The notes below the pieces were generated by a model. It searched no databases. It saw nothing but the letters and a program-made list of their open reading frames with translations, and was not told where the DNA came from. Source: an uncultured Planctomycetota bacterium (GTDB lineage Bacteria; Planctomycetota; Phycisphaerae; Tepidisphaerales; Tepidisphaeraceae). From it: a stretch of DNA of 64,000 bases. This document shows positions 11,297-19,636 of this stretch, in pieces; position 1 is the stretch's first letter, and every line of letters starts with the position of its first letter. The translations under genes and the position numbers were made by a program. The stretch spans positions 928,001 to 992,000 of the forward strand of contig CAWJEN010000005.1 in NCBI GenBank assembly GCA_963841915.1, in the 5' to 3' direction.

Positions 11297-12616
11297 TCAC
11301 GCGGGGCGTGCCGCTTCTTTGGCGGGAACGACTTCGAAAGCTGCTTCTCGCTCCAGGCCAGCGTCTGCGAGGGTGCCGAGGCGACGAAGGTCGGGGAAAA
11401 GGCCGCTCCACGTTGCCACCACGACCAGCGTCCCGACGCCACCCGAGACCACGCTCACGATCGGCGTCGTCAGCTGTGCCACCAGGCCGCTCTCGAACCC
11501 GCCGAGCTGATTCGAGCTGCCGATGAAGACGGCACTGACCGCGCTCACCCGCCCGCGCATGGCGTCGGGTGTTGCCAGCTGCACCAATGTTTGGCGAACG
11601 ACGACGCTGACATTGTCGAAGACGCCGGTCAGGAACAACATCGCGATCGACAGCGGAAACGACGTCGAGAAGCCGAAGACGATCGTCGCCACACCGAAGC
11701 CGGCGACGCTGATCAGCAGTGTGCGGCCGGCCCGCTTCATTGGTGGCGTGTGCGTCAGCACGAGGGCCGTAACCAGTGCCCCTGCCGCCGGGGCGGCATT
11801 GAGTACGCCCAGACCCATTGCACCCACACCCAAGATGTCGCTGGCAAACACCGGAAGCAGGTAGACCGCGCCGCCGAAGAGGACGGCGAAGAGGTCGAGC
11901 GAGATGGCCGCCAGGATCAGCTTGCGGTGCCAGACGAACGACAGCCCTTCGCCCAGATCTGAGAGGACACCGCCGAGACCTTTGGCGGCTTTGCCGGGCT
12001 CGGGCTTTGTGTGTACGTCGAGCAGGGCGATGACGACCATGAATGCAGCCGTAGAGAGTGCGGCCAGGAAGTACGCCGCCGGCAAGCTCACCGCGATCAC
12101 GAATCCACCCAAAGCCGGCCCGGCCAGGCCGCTGATCTGCCCGACGCTCGTCCGCCATTTCACCGCGTTTTCGAACGTGTCCCGTGGCACGAGCATCGGC
12201 AAGAGCGCTGCCCGGGCGGGCCAAGTCAGGCGAAGAAAGGCCGAGTCGATCAGGAGTAGAAAGAACATCCACCCGATCGATCCTGCTTTGGCGGACAGGA
12301 TGCCCAGGCCGATGCTGGTGAGCGTCGTGCCCAGCATGCCGACCAGCATGATCTTGCGGCGGTCGTACCGGTCGGCCAGCACACCGGCGGGCAGGGTGAG
12401 CAGCAACATCGGGATCGCCTGCATGAGCGCGACCCACGCCAGGTCCATCTCGCGGCCGGTCCGCTGGTACACCTCCCACGCGATTGCGAGCCCTTGCCCG
12501 GCCGTGCCGATCGAGACGAGCGTGCCGGCGATGAGGTAGTTGCGGAACGGCTTGACCCGCAGCGCCTCGTAAGGGTCGTGCCGCGTGGGCTCGTCAGGTG
12601 GCAAAACATCGGTCAT
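11297..12616 (-). CDS. MFS transporter (EntS/DHA3-like)
   Basis: About 12 hydrophobic segments, GVLADRYDRRK motif A, TPDAMRGRV. Confidence 0.88.
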   Translation of the reverse strand: MTDVLPPDEPTRHDPYEALRVKPFRNYLIAGTLVSIGTAGQGLAIAWEVYQRTGREMDLAWVALMQAIPMLLLTLPAGVLADRYDRRKIMLVGMLGTTLTSIGLGILSAKAGSIGWMFFLLLIDSAFLRLTWPARAALLPMLVPRDTFENAVKWRTSVGQISGLAGPALGGFVIAVSLPAAYFLAALSTAAFMVVIALLDVHTKPEPGKAAKGLGGVLSDLGEGLSFVWHRKLILAAISLDLFAVLFGGAVYLLPVFASDILGVGAMGLGVLNAAPAAGALVTALVLTHTPPMKRAGRTLLISVAGFGVATIVFGFSTSFPLSIAMLFLTGVFDNVSVVVRQTLVQLATPDAMRGRVSAVSAVFIGSSNQLGGFESGLVAQLTTPIVSVVSGGVGTLVVVATWSGLFPDLRRLGTLADAGLEREAAFEVVPAKEAARPA

Positions 12617-12678
12617 ACGGCATTGCGACTCTATCGACGGTGAAGCACGGTACATCGATCGCGGTTAAACTGGATCGA

Positions 12679-13692
12679 ATGGGGTTCGACCTGACGTGCG
12701 ACCGGTGTGGCTATGACCTGCGAGCGACGCCCGAAGGTGCGGTATGCCCGGAGTGCGGGTTTTCGGTCGCAGAGTCGGCGCGGCTGGCGATGATCCCGAG
12801 ACGGCCGCGGTGGCGTGACAGCGACCCGCGGTGGCGGCGTCGCATGCTCCTCGGCTGCTGGGTGCTGGCGTTACTGCCGCTGTTTTCGATCCTGCAACGG
12901 ACGGGTGTTGCTGATCAGATTCAGCTCCCGAGCATCCTGCCGTTCGATAAGACAACGAACACGCTCGGCAGCAATTTCTACGCCGACTGGCTCGATCCCT
13001 TCTTTACCTTCTTCATCGGCATCACGCTGCTGTTCGCCAAGGAGCGGTTCCGCAGACGAGGCTTCATCGATTCGATCCGCCGCGTCGGCATCTTGGTCTG
13101 TGTCGGCGTTCTCTTCCTCGGCATCGCGTCTTTTGGGCTGATCGTCGCCCTAGTCGGGCTTGGCATCAGTGCGTTGTTGCACACGTTGCCGATCGAGAAT
13201 CAGCCGCCCGAGACGCATGTGCTGGCGTGGGTTTCTACCCGCTACTTCGATTATGCTCCGAACTCGACGCTGTGGGCAAGCAGCCTTCTGATTGCCTTTT
13301 CTGCAGCGGCGGTCCTGCTTGCGTGCGTCGTCCTGTTCGAGGTGTTGCGTAGCACGTTACCGATGGGCAAAGGCCGAGCTCGCCGGCGCGGCATGATTCT
13401 GGCGGCCTTGCCCACGCTTCCGCTCGCGATCCTGGCGGTCGTTCAACTCGCCGCAGCCGTGGCGGTCTACTTCCAGCACCGGACGGAGGACCATTTGCCG
13501 TACGCGTTCTTCTACTTCGAACCCCAGTCTGTCGCAGTCGTGTTCCAGAACCTGCCGGCGGGTAGGGGTGCCACTGTCCTCTACTATTACGCTGACATCA
13601 TCAAGTGGCTCTCCTGCGTCGTCATCGCTCTCTGGCTGACGACCGCTCAGATCGCGTCCTGGCGACATCCTCGACCCTGCCAATCGACCTAA
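12679..13692 (+). CDS. Membrane protein with N-terminal zinc ribbon
   Basis: CDRCGYDLRA..CPECG followed by several TM segments. Confidence 0.7.
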   Translation: MGFDLTCDRCGYDLRATPEGAVCPECGFSVAESARLAMIPRRPRWRDSDPRWRRRMLLGCWVLALLPLFSILQRTGVADQIQLPSILPFDKTTNTLGSNFYADWLDPFFTFFIGITLLFAKERFRRRGFIDSIRRVGILVCVGVLFLGIASFGLIVALVGLGISALLHTLPIENQPPETHVLAWVSTRYFDYAPNSTLWASSLLIAFSAAAVLLACVVLFEVLRSTLPMGKGRARRRGMILAALPTLPLAILAVVQLAAAVAVYFQHRTEDHLPYAFFYFEPQSVAVVFQNLPAGRGATVLYYYADIIKWLSCVVIALWLTTAQIASWRHPRPCQST

Positions 13693-13976
13693 CGCATCTC
13701 CCGCTCGCCGAAACCGCGGAGGCCGGCGTCGACGACCGCGGTCTGCTTTCGGCTTCGGCGGCAGGTGTGGCAGATGAGACGGTGCAGCCGCTCCGCCAAT
13801 CGCTCGGACCAGTCGCTCTCGCCGTATTGTGACCGCAGGCGGATCAGGTCGGCCCGCTCGCACCGCAGCGTCAGCACGAGCAACGCGTGACCGAACACAC
13901 GCCCAAGCGACCCGTGGGCCGGAGCGTCTTCGGCACCTGGCGCTGAATCGGGAGGATGGATCACAGTCTCGTTCAT
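13689..13976 (-). CDS. Zinc-binding anti-sigma factor (ZAS / zf-HC2)
   Basis: C..HRLICHTC (HxxxCxxC) motif directly downstream of an ECF sigma factor. Confidence 0.7.
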   Translation of the reverse strand: MNETVIHPPDSAPGAEDAPAHGSLGRVFGHALLVLTLRCERADLIRLRSQYGESDWSERLAERLHRLICHTCRRSRKQTAVVDAGLRGFGEREMR

Positions 13977-13992
13977 GCTGCGGGACAGAGTG

Positions 13993-14607
13993 TTACGTCG
14001 GATTCTTTTCCAAAGGTCGACCAATAAAAACCGTTGAAAGGCCACTGCGAAGCCGCAGGCGGCCGCGGTGGACGAGCGTCCAGAGGTTCGCCCGTGTCAC
14101 GCCGAGCAACGCACACACCTCAGCCGTGGCCAGCCCGTCGATCTCGCGAAAGACGATTGCCTGCCGCATCAGCGGCGGCATGTCGTCGAGGCAGCGGGCA
14201 AAGTGCTCCCAGAACTCCTCGCGCTCCATCGCCTCACCCGGCCGACCGTGCCAGCGGTGGCGGGCGATCGCGTAGACCTGTTCGCGGACCGACGGTCCGG
14301 CCACGCGCAGGACGTCGCGGTACTCGTCGAGCACACGCCGCCTGACCACGTCCCGCCGCACGCGATCGACCACGCGACGCCGGACAAGTGTGAATAGGAC
14401 GGCCCGCTCGTCGCGTGGCTCGTCGCCGTTGGCCAGCGACTCTGCCGCCGAGACGAGTGCGTCCTGTACCGCGTCGTCTGCGTCGTCCGGATTCAGCAGC
14501 CGTCGGCGGGCGAACGTGATGAGGTCTGGCCCGTGCTTCGACCACCACGTCGCCAGGATGTCCTGGTCGTGTGAAGGCGTTGTTGCATCTCCCGATTCGT
14601 ACGGCAC
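13993..14607 (-). CDS. ECF RNA polymerase sigma factor
   Basis: ADDAVQDAL region 2; REIDGL..EVCALLGV..NLWTLVHRGRLRLR region 4. Confidence 0.88.
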   Translation of the reverse strand: MPYESGDATTPSHDQDILATWWSKHGPDLITFARRRLLNPDDADDAVQDALVSAAESLANGDEPRDERAVLFTLVRRRVVDRVRRDVVRRRVLDEYRDVLRVAGPSVREQVYAIARHRWHGRPGEAMEREEFWEHFARCLDDMPPLMRQAIVFREIDGLATAEVCALLGVTRANLWTLVHRGRLRLRSGLSTVFIGRPLEKNPT

Positions 14608-14801
14608 GTCACCTGACTATTCATGCCCCCGCGACGCCCGTAAACGCCGCGAGGGTGAGGGGAGAGATAGCTGTTCAGCAATCGGACCCGCTCTGGAGCG
14701 TGACGTCGCAGGCCGATGCTGTTCCTTTCAGCGGCGTTCGATTATTCTTCTTCGACGAGTCCCGCCGTACGGGCAAGCACGATCCGGCGGTAGAGTGTGC
14801 C

Positions 14802-15788
14802 ATGCAGGCGGATCCTGATGATGTCGAGTCCGCGACTGCTGCTGCACCCGTGCCGATCCTCCGCACGATCGTCGGCGGGGCGCTCATGGGGACGGCGAAC
14901 CTCGTGCCCGGTGTCAGTGGTGGGACGATGGTGTTGGCCGTGGGGCTGTACGACCGTTTCGTCGCCGCAGCGGCCGATGTGACGCGACTGCATCTGCACC
15001 GCCGGGCGGTTGTGTTCATCGTCCTGTTGTTCGGGGCGAAGTTCGCGGCGATGGGGTTGCTGGGTGTCCCGGTGGCGACGGCCATCAGTCGCTACCAGGC
15101 GACGGCCTACGCGCTGTTCCTTGGGATGACGCTGGCCGGAACGCCGATCCTGTGGCGCATTCTGAGGCGAACCGGCGGCCTGAGGGCCCGCTCGACCTGG
15201 CCGCTCGTGGTGATCGGCATCGCTTTGATGGCGTTGCTGGCGCTTGTGCCAAAAGGCGACAAGCCCGAGCCGACCGACGACTATCGGCCGGTCACGAACA
15301 TGCCACTCGACGCCTTCGCCGGTGCCGCGGCCTACTCGGCGATGGTGCTGCCTGGTGTCAGTGGTGGCACGATCAAGCTCGCGCTGGGCCGTCTGGAGCC
15401 GACCATCTGGAGCATCGGGCAGGCCGGCAACTATGTGAACCCGGCCGTCGACGCGGCACCGCTCGACCAATGGCTGCCGATCTTGCTGCCTTACACGCTG
15501 GGCGCAGTCGTCGGGCTGGTGCTCGTCAGCAACGCACTCAAATGGCTGCTCCGCCGACATGAGGTGGCGACGACGGCGATGCTATTGGGCGTGCTGTGGG
15601 GAAGCATCTTGCCCATCTGGCCGTTCGACCGTGAGACGACGATGAGTGGCTACCTGCTGGCGGCCGTTGCTGCGTCAGTCGGCTTCGCAGGGGTGTACGC
15701 GCTGACGCTCTGGGAAGGTGATAAGCCCGGTCATGCCGGCGACCACGAGCCTGATCTTGAGGACATCGAGCGTCGGCAGGGCACGTAG
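14802..15788 (+). CDS. DUF368 membrane protein (undecaprenyl-phosphate translocase family)
   Basis: Duplicated PGVSGGT motifs (ANLVPGVSGGT, AMVLPGVSGGT), polytopic. Confidence 0.85.
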   Translation: MQADPDDVESATAAAPVPILRTIVGGALMGTANLVPGVSGGTMVLAVGLYDRFVAAAADVTRLHLHRRAVVFIVLLFGAKFAAMGLLGVPVATAISRYQATAYALFLGMTLAGTPILWRILRRTGGLRARSTWPLVVIGIALMALLALVPKGDKPEPTDDYRPVTNMPLDAFAGAAAYSAMVLPGVSGGTIKLALGRLEPTIWSIGQAGNYVNPAVDAAPLDQWLPILLPYTLGAVVGLVLVSNALKWLLRRHEVATTAMLLGVLWGSILPIWPFDRETTMSGYLLAAVAASVGFAGVYALTLWEGDKPGHAGDHEPDLEDIERRQGT

Positions 15789-15796
15789 GCTTTTCC

Positions 15797-16813
15797 ATGC
15801 GCGTCTATCTCGGCTGTTATGGCCCGTCGATCTACAAGGCCACGCTCGACGACGCCGGCGAACTGGCCGAGCCCACTGCCGCTGGAGAGATCAAGAACGC
15901 GTCGTTCCTGGCGAAGCATCCGACGCTGCCGGTGCTGTACTGCTGCACCGAAGCCGGGCCCGACGGTGGCGTCGCGGCTTTCGACATCGGTCACACGACG
16001 GGCGACCTGGTCAGCCACGGTGAACCCAAGCCGACCGGTGGCGGTGGGACGTGCTTCGTCGCCGTGACGCCCGACGGGCGCTGGCTACTCGCCGCCAACT
16101 ACGGCGGCGGCAGCGTCGCGGCATTTCATCTCGACGCCCGTGGCCACATCGGCGACCGCGGCTTCTTCCACCAGCACGAGGGCAGCGGCCCCAACGAGCG
16201 TCGCCAACAGAAACCCCACGCCCACTGCTTCCGACCTGATCCGACCGGCCGCTTTGCCCTGTCATGCAACCTGGGCAACGACACCATTTACGTCTACCGC
16301 ACCGGCGAGACCGTCGAAGAAGCCGGTACCTTCAAGTTGCCCGCCGGTGCCGGGCCGCGTCACCTCGCCTTTACGCCCGATGCGAAGCACCTTTATGTGC
16401 TCGGCGAACTCGACAACCGCCTGTACGCCTTTGCGTGGAATGACGGAACGGCGGAGCCCATCGGCGACGTGCCGACCTTGCCCGACCATTTCGACGGCCA
16501 AAGCACGACGGCGGAGGTCGTGGTCGATGCCCAAGGCCGCACCGTCTACGCCAGCAACCGCGGGCACGACTCGATAGCCGTCTTCGCACGTCACGCAGCG
16601 ACCGGCAAGCTCACGCCACGCGGCCACGCCAGGAGTGGCGGCGAACAGCCACGTCACTTCGCCCTCACGCTCGACGGCCGCCGGATGATCGTCGCTAACC
16701 AAAATACCGGCACCGTCGCCACGTTTGACGTCTGCGAAGAGAGCGGCGAGCTGACGCCAACGGGTGCAGAAGCGGCGACGGTCGAGAAGCCTGTCTGCGT
16801 GCTCCCGGCTTAG
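15797..16813 (+). CDS. pgl: Lactonase family protein (6-phosphogluconolactonase-like)
   Basis: ANYGGGSV, RQQKPHAH, GAGPRH, ASNRGHDSIAVF, PRHF beta-propeller motifs. Confidence 0.85.
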   Translation: MRVYLGCYGPSIYKATLDDAGELAEPTAAGEIKNASFLAKHPTLPVLYCCTEAGPDGGVAAFDIGHTTGDLVSHGEPKPTGGGGTCFVAVTPDGRWLLAANYGGGSVAAFHLDARGHIGDRGFFHQHEGSGPNERRQQKPHAHCFRPDPTGRFALSCNLGNDTIYVYRTGETVEEAGTFKLPAGAGPRHLAFTPDAKHLYVLGELDNRLYAFAWNDGTAEPIGDVPTLPDHFDGQSTTAEVVVDAQGRTVYASNRGHDSIAVFARHAATGKLTPRGHARSGGEQPRHFALTLDGRRMIVANQNTGTVATFDVCEESGELTPTGAEAATVEKPVCVLPA

Positions 16814-16857
16814 ATCGTCCTCAAGCCGCAGCACACGCCCCCAACTATCGTCTGCCC

Positions 16858-17808
16858 ATGCCGGTCGTGCGCGATAACGACCGCCTTCGCCGCATCGCGG
16901 CACGGCACGTGTCCGGCGGACGGTGGGGCGTCGGTGTCAGCGGCGGGGCAGACAGCATGGCCACCTGGCAGATCGTGCGCAAACTTGCAGGCGTCGAGGT
17001 CGTGGTGCTGCACGTCGACCACGCGTCGCGTCCGATGTCGAGAGACGATGCCGCATTCGTCGTCGAGCAGGCCAGGCGTCTCGGCGACGCGTCGTCTGTC
17101 GAGCGGCTCGAGCCAGGTGCTACGACAGAAACTGCCTGGCGACGCGAACGACTTCGCGTGTTCGGCAGCGCCTGCCACCGCTTCGACCTGCAAGGCGTCA
17201 TCCTCGGTCATCATCTCGATGATCTGGCAGAAACAGTCGCCATGCGATTACTCCGCGGCTCGCCCCGAAGTGGCGTCCACGGCATCGGCGGGCTACGCCG
17301 CCTCTCCGTCGTCAGTAACGTGCGACTCTGCCGACCGATGCTCGGCGTCAGACGCTTATCGCTCCGCGGGTTCGACGTCGAGCACGTCCACGATGCAACG
17401 AACGATGAACCGATCACGCTCCGTAACCGCCTCCGATTGGCCCTTGGCAGGAATGCGGCACTGGAGTCATCGAATGACCTGCATCGTGCGCTGGTCCGAC
17501 TTCATGTCGCCAGCGAGCGGGCGCAGCGGGAACTCGACGCAGCAACGCCGACGTGGCAGCATCTGCCGCTCGAGGTCGATACGGCGGACCCGCTCATGCG
17601 TGAGGCGGCGAGACGTTGGCTCGGCGGGCCACCGTCGCCCGCGGCCGTCGACCGACTGCTGTCCGTGCTGCAACGCGACGGCGAACGCGTGGTGAATCTA
17701 CCGGGCGGCCTCCGCGTCCGCCGCCTCGGCCGTAAACACGGCGGCGGCTACGAGGTCACACGGCTCACTCCGCCGGCTCGATCGTCACCTTCACCAGCCG
17801 ACTCTTGA
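16858..17808 (+). CDS. tilS: tRNA(Ile)-lysidine synthetase, short form
   Basis: GVSGGADS PP-loop, HVDH, GHHLDDLAETVAMRLLRG, RPML, RNRLR. Confidence 0.82.
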   Translation: MPVVRDNDRLRRIAARHVSGGRWGVGVSGGADSMATWQIVRKLAGVEVVVLHVDHASRPMSRDDAAFVVEQARRLGDASSVERLEPGATTETAWRRERLRVFGSACHRFDLQGVILGHHLDDLAETVAMRLLRGSPRSGVHGIGGLRRLSVVSNVRLCRPMLGVRRLSLRGFDVEHVHDATNDEPITLRNRLRLALGRNAALESSNDLHRALVRLHVASERAQRELDAATPTWQHLPLEVDTADPLMREAARRWLGGPPSPAAVDRLLSVLQRDGERVVNLPGGLRVRRLGRKHGGGYEVTRLTPPARSSPSPADS

Positions 17809-18130
17809 ACTGCTCGACGTAAAGCTCCGCCCGCTCCTTGTGCGTGACGAGCAACAACGACAACCCCCGCCGATGGGCCTCCAACGCCGCCCGCGATGCC
17901 GCAAACTCGTCGAGCGGCGTGAGCGTGCAAACGGTGTCGATCACGTCCTCGAACGTATTGAGATCATCGTTGTGCAACAGCACCCGCCACGGCGGCAACA
18001 TGCCGGGCGGGTTTTTCTTGGGCTTGGTCTTACCCGACGACTTGGCGTCTTTCTTCGGCTTTGCCGGTGGCTCGGCGACGGCCGCACTGCTGCCATCACC
18101 CTCAGCGGGCTCGTCGCGTTCGTCTGCCAT
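17765..18130 (-). CDS. clpS: ATP-dependent Clp protease adaptor ClpS
   Basis: WRVLLHNDDLNTFEDV..EAHRRG..ERAE..TIEP. Confidence 0.88.
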   Translation of the reverse strand: MADERDEPAEGDGSSAAVAEPPAKPKKDAKSSGKTKPKKNPPGMLPPWRVLLHNDDLNTFEDVIDTVCTLTPLDEFAASRAALEAHRRGLSLLLVTHKERAELYVEQFKSRLVKVTIEPAE

Positions 18131-18246
18131 GAGCGGCGGTTGGAAGATGTTGTCGTCTCGGCTGTGCATCGACCTTGCGCATTGTAATCGGCGACGCCCA
18201 TCGTGCCATGCCCAAAGCGGAATCCGCGATATCCCTCGGTGTCGCA

Positions 18247-18810
18247 TCACTTTCCCCCCCACGTTCCCCCCAATCCCGGCAGCCCGTCGAGGCTCGCCGC
18301 ATTCTTCTTCGCCTTGTACTCGCGCAGCCGCTCCGGCCCCTGCTTCTGGGCCCAGTCCGTCAGCTCGGTGCGCTGGCCTGTGTAGTCGTACAACGGCACG
18401 CCGAAGCCGCAGGTGTCGGAGACGCGTTTCACCCGCACGCGGATGATGCTCCGCTCGCCCGCGACGTCGGCGAAGCGTCGACGAAGGGCGTCGTACTCCG
18501 CGTCGCCGGGCAGCGTGACGTCGCCCGTGCCGTGCAGGCGAAGGATGTTCGGCTTCCCCTCGAACGCGCAGAACATGACGCAGATTCGGCCGTTCTCCTG
18601 GAGGTGGGCGACGGTCTCGATGCCGCTGCCGACGATGTCGAGGTAGGCGACGGTGGTGTCATCGAGCACGGCGAACGTGCCGTCGAGACCCTTGGGCGAG
18701 AGATTGACGAGCCCGTCCGCCGCCAGCGGGGCGGTGGCGACAAAGAACATCTGCTGTTGGGCGATGAACGCGCGATGCGTGGCCGTGATGGTGTCGCCGG
18801 ACTTGCCCAT
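18247..18810 (-). CDS. Pyridoxamine 5'-phosphate oxidase-related FMN-binding protein
   Basis: FIAQQQMFFVATAP, VNLSPKG, GSGIETVAHLQENGR, CGFGVP. Confidence 0.85.
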   Translation of the reverse strand: MGKSGDTITATHRAFIAQQQMFFVATAPLAADGLVNLSPKGLDGTFAVLDDTTVAYLDIVGSGIETVAHLQENGRICVMFCAFEGKPNILRLHGTGDVTLPGDAEYDALRRRFADVAGERSIIRVRVKRVSDTCGFGVPLYDYTGQRTELTDWAQKQGPERLREYKAKKNAASLDGLPGLGGTWGGK

Positions 18811-18867
18811 GCCGAAGCGTATTCGCCGCCGGGCAACGGTTCTGTGCTGTAAGGGGTCATGACTCGT

Positions 18868-19088
18868 CGCATGACAATCCATGTGGCCCGCATAACGGGT
18901 GACCGTGCCGGCATAACCAATGCTCGATCCCGCATAACGGATGCGGGGTCCCGCATAACGAGTGCGCGAGACCGCATAACGAAGTCTCGGGGACACGCCT
19001 CGCGGACCGGCTGCCCCGTTATGCGGGAGCGGTCATTCGTTATGCGGGTGCCAGGCATCGTTATGCGGCATGGATCACTCGTTATGCT
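18868..19088. repeat. Converging 21-bp-period repeat array (core CGCATAAC)
   Basis: Forward cores at 18868, 18889, 18910, 18931, 18952, 18973; inverted cores (GTTATGCG) at 19018, 19039, 19060, 19081. Confidence 0.9.
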
Positions 19089-19131
19089 GAATCGCATCAA
19101 GTCGCCGGCGCGGCGTGCCGATGCCGGGCGT

Positions 19132-19422
19132 ATGCATTCTGCACTGCCCCGATTCAACCCACATCGGCCGCCTCCGACGAGCAACAAGGATCGTCAGCGG
19201 CAATTCCGCCAGCGGAACCCCGGCTACTACGGTCGGCTGCACCGCAAGCGGAATGCGAAGATTGAAGCCCTCGCCGCCGCCCGCGCCGCCGAAGCGGCAG
19301 GGCTGCAGACGATCGTCATGGCCAAGCCGCAACTCTGCCTCCCGGCCCCGGATCTGGTCAGCCAACAGATCTTCGCCGACCTCCACCGCCTCAAAGCCGA
19401 ACGCGAAAAAGTCGCGGCGTAG
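19132..19422 (+). CDS. Small basic hypothetical protein (96 aa)
   Basis: ATG at 19132, GC-rich third codon positions, Arg-rich RQRQFRQRNPGYYGRLHRKR segment; its 3' end is duplicated just downstream. Confidence 0.55.
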   Translation: MHSALPRFNPHRPPPTSNKDRQRQFRQRNPGYYGRLHRKRNAKIEALAAARAAEAAGLQTIVMAKPQLCLPAPDLVSQQIFADLHRLKAEREKVAA

Positions 19423-19429
19423 GGGGAAG

Positions 19430-19503
19430 CACGACACAATGTGTCGTGGTTGAACGTCACGCGTCGCAAGACGGTGAGTCGACCCACGACACTTCGTGTA
19501 GTG
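19430..19503. repeat. REP-like palindrome doublet
   Basis: CACGACACA-A-TGTGTCGTG (19430-19448) and CACGACAC-TTC-GTGTAGTG (19485-19503). Confidence 0.6.
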
Positions 19504-19512
19504 GCACCCGGC

Positions 19513-19607
19513 CTCCCGGCCCCGATCCCGCGCGGGACGTCGAACGCCACGGCCTGCTCGACGCCCTCCACCGCCTCGCCGCCGACCGCGAACGCGTCGC
19601 CGCGTAG
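19513..19607 (+). pseudogene. Frameshifted remnant duplicating the 3' end of the 19132-19422 ORF
   Basis: Encodes LPAP/(-1 nt)DP..LLDALHRLAADRERVAA* versus LPAPDL..FADLHRLKAEREKVAA*; both followed by TAGGGGG. Confidence 0.6.
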
Positions 19608-19636
19608 GGGGGATCTGAACTCGCCTTGTTTCTGTT

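Noticed and set aside
18868..19088. CRISPR interpretation of the repeat-spacer-like array
   Set aside because: Conserved part is only ~9 bp, spacers are 13 bp, orientation flips midway, and no cas genes are in the window
18859..19131. N-terminal extension of the small ORF (and of the PNPOx ORF on the minus strand) through the array
   Set aside because: Open frames follow automatically from the 21-bp period; the PNPOx family match starts at 18810; not annotated as coding without expression evidence
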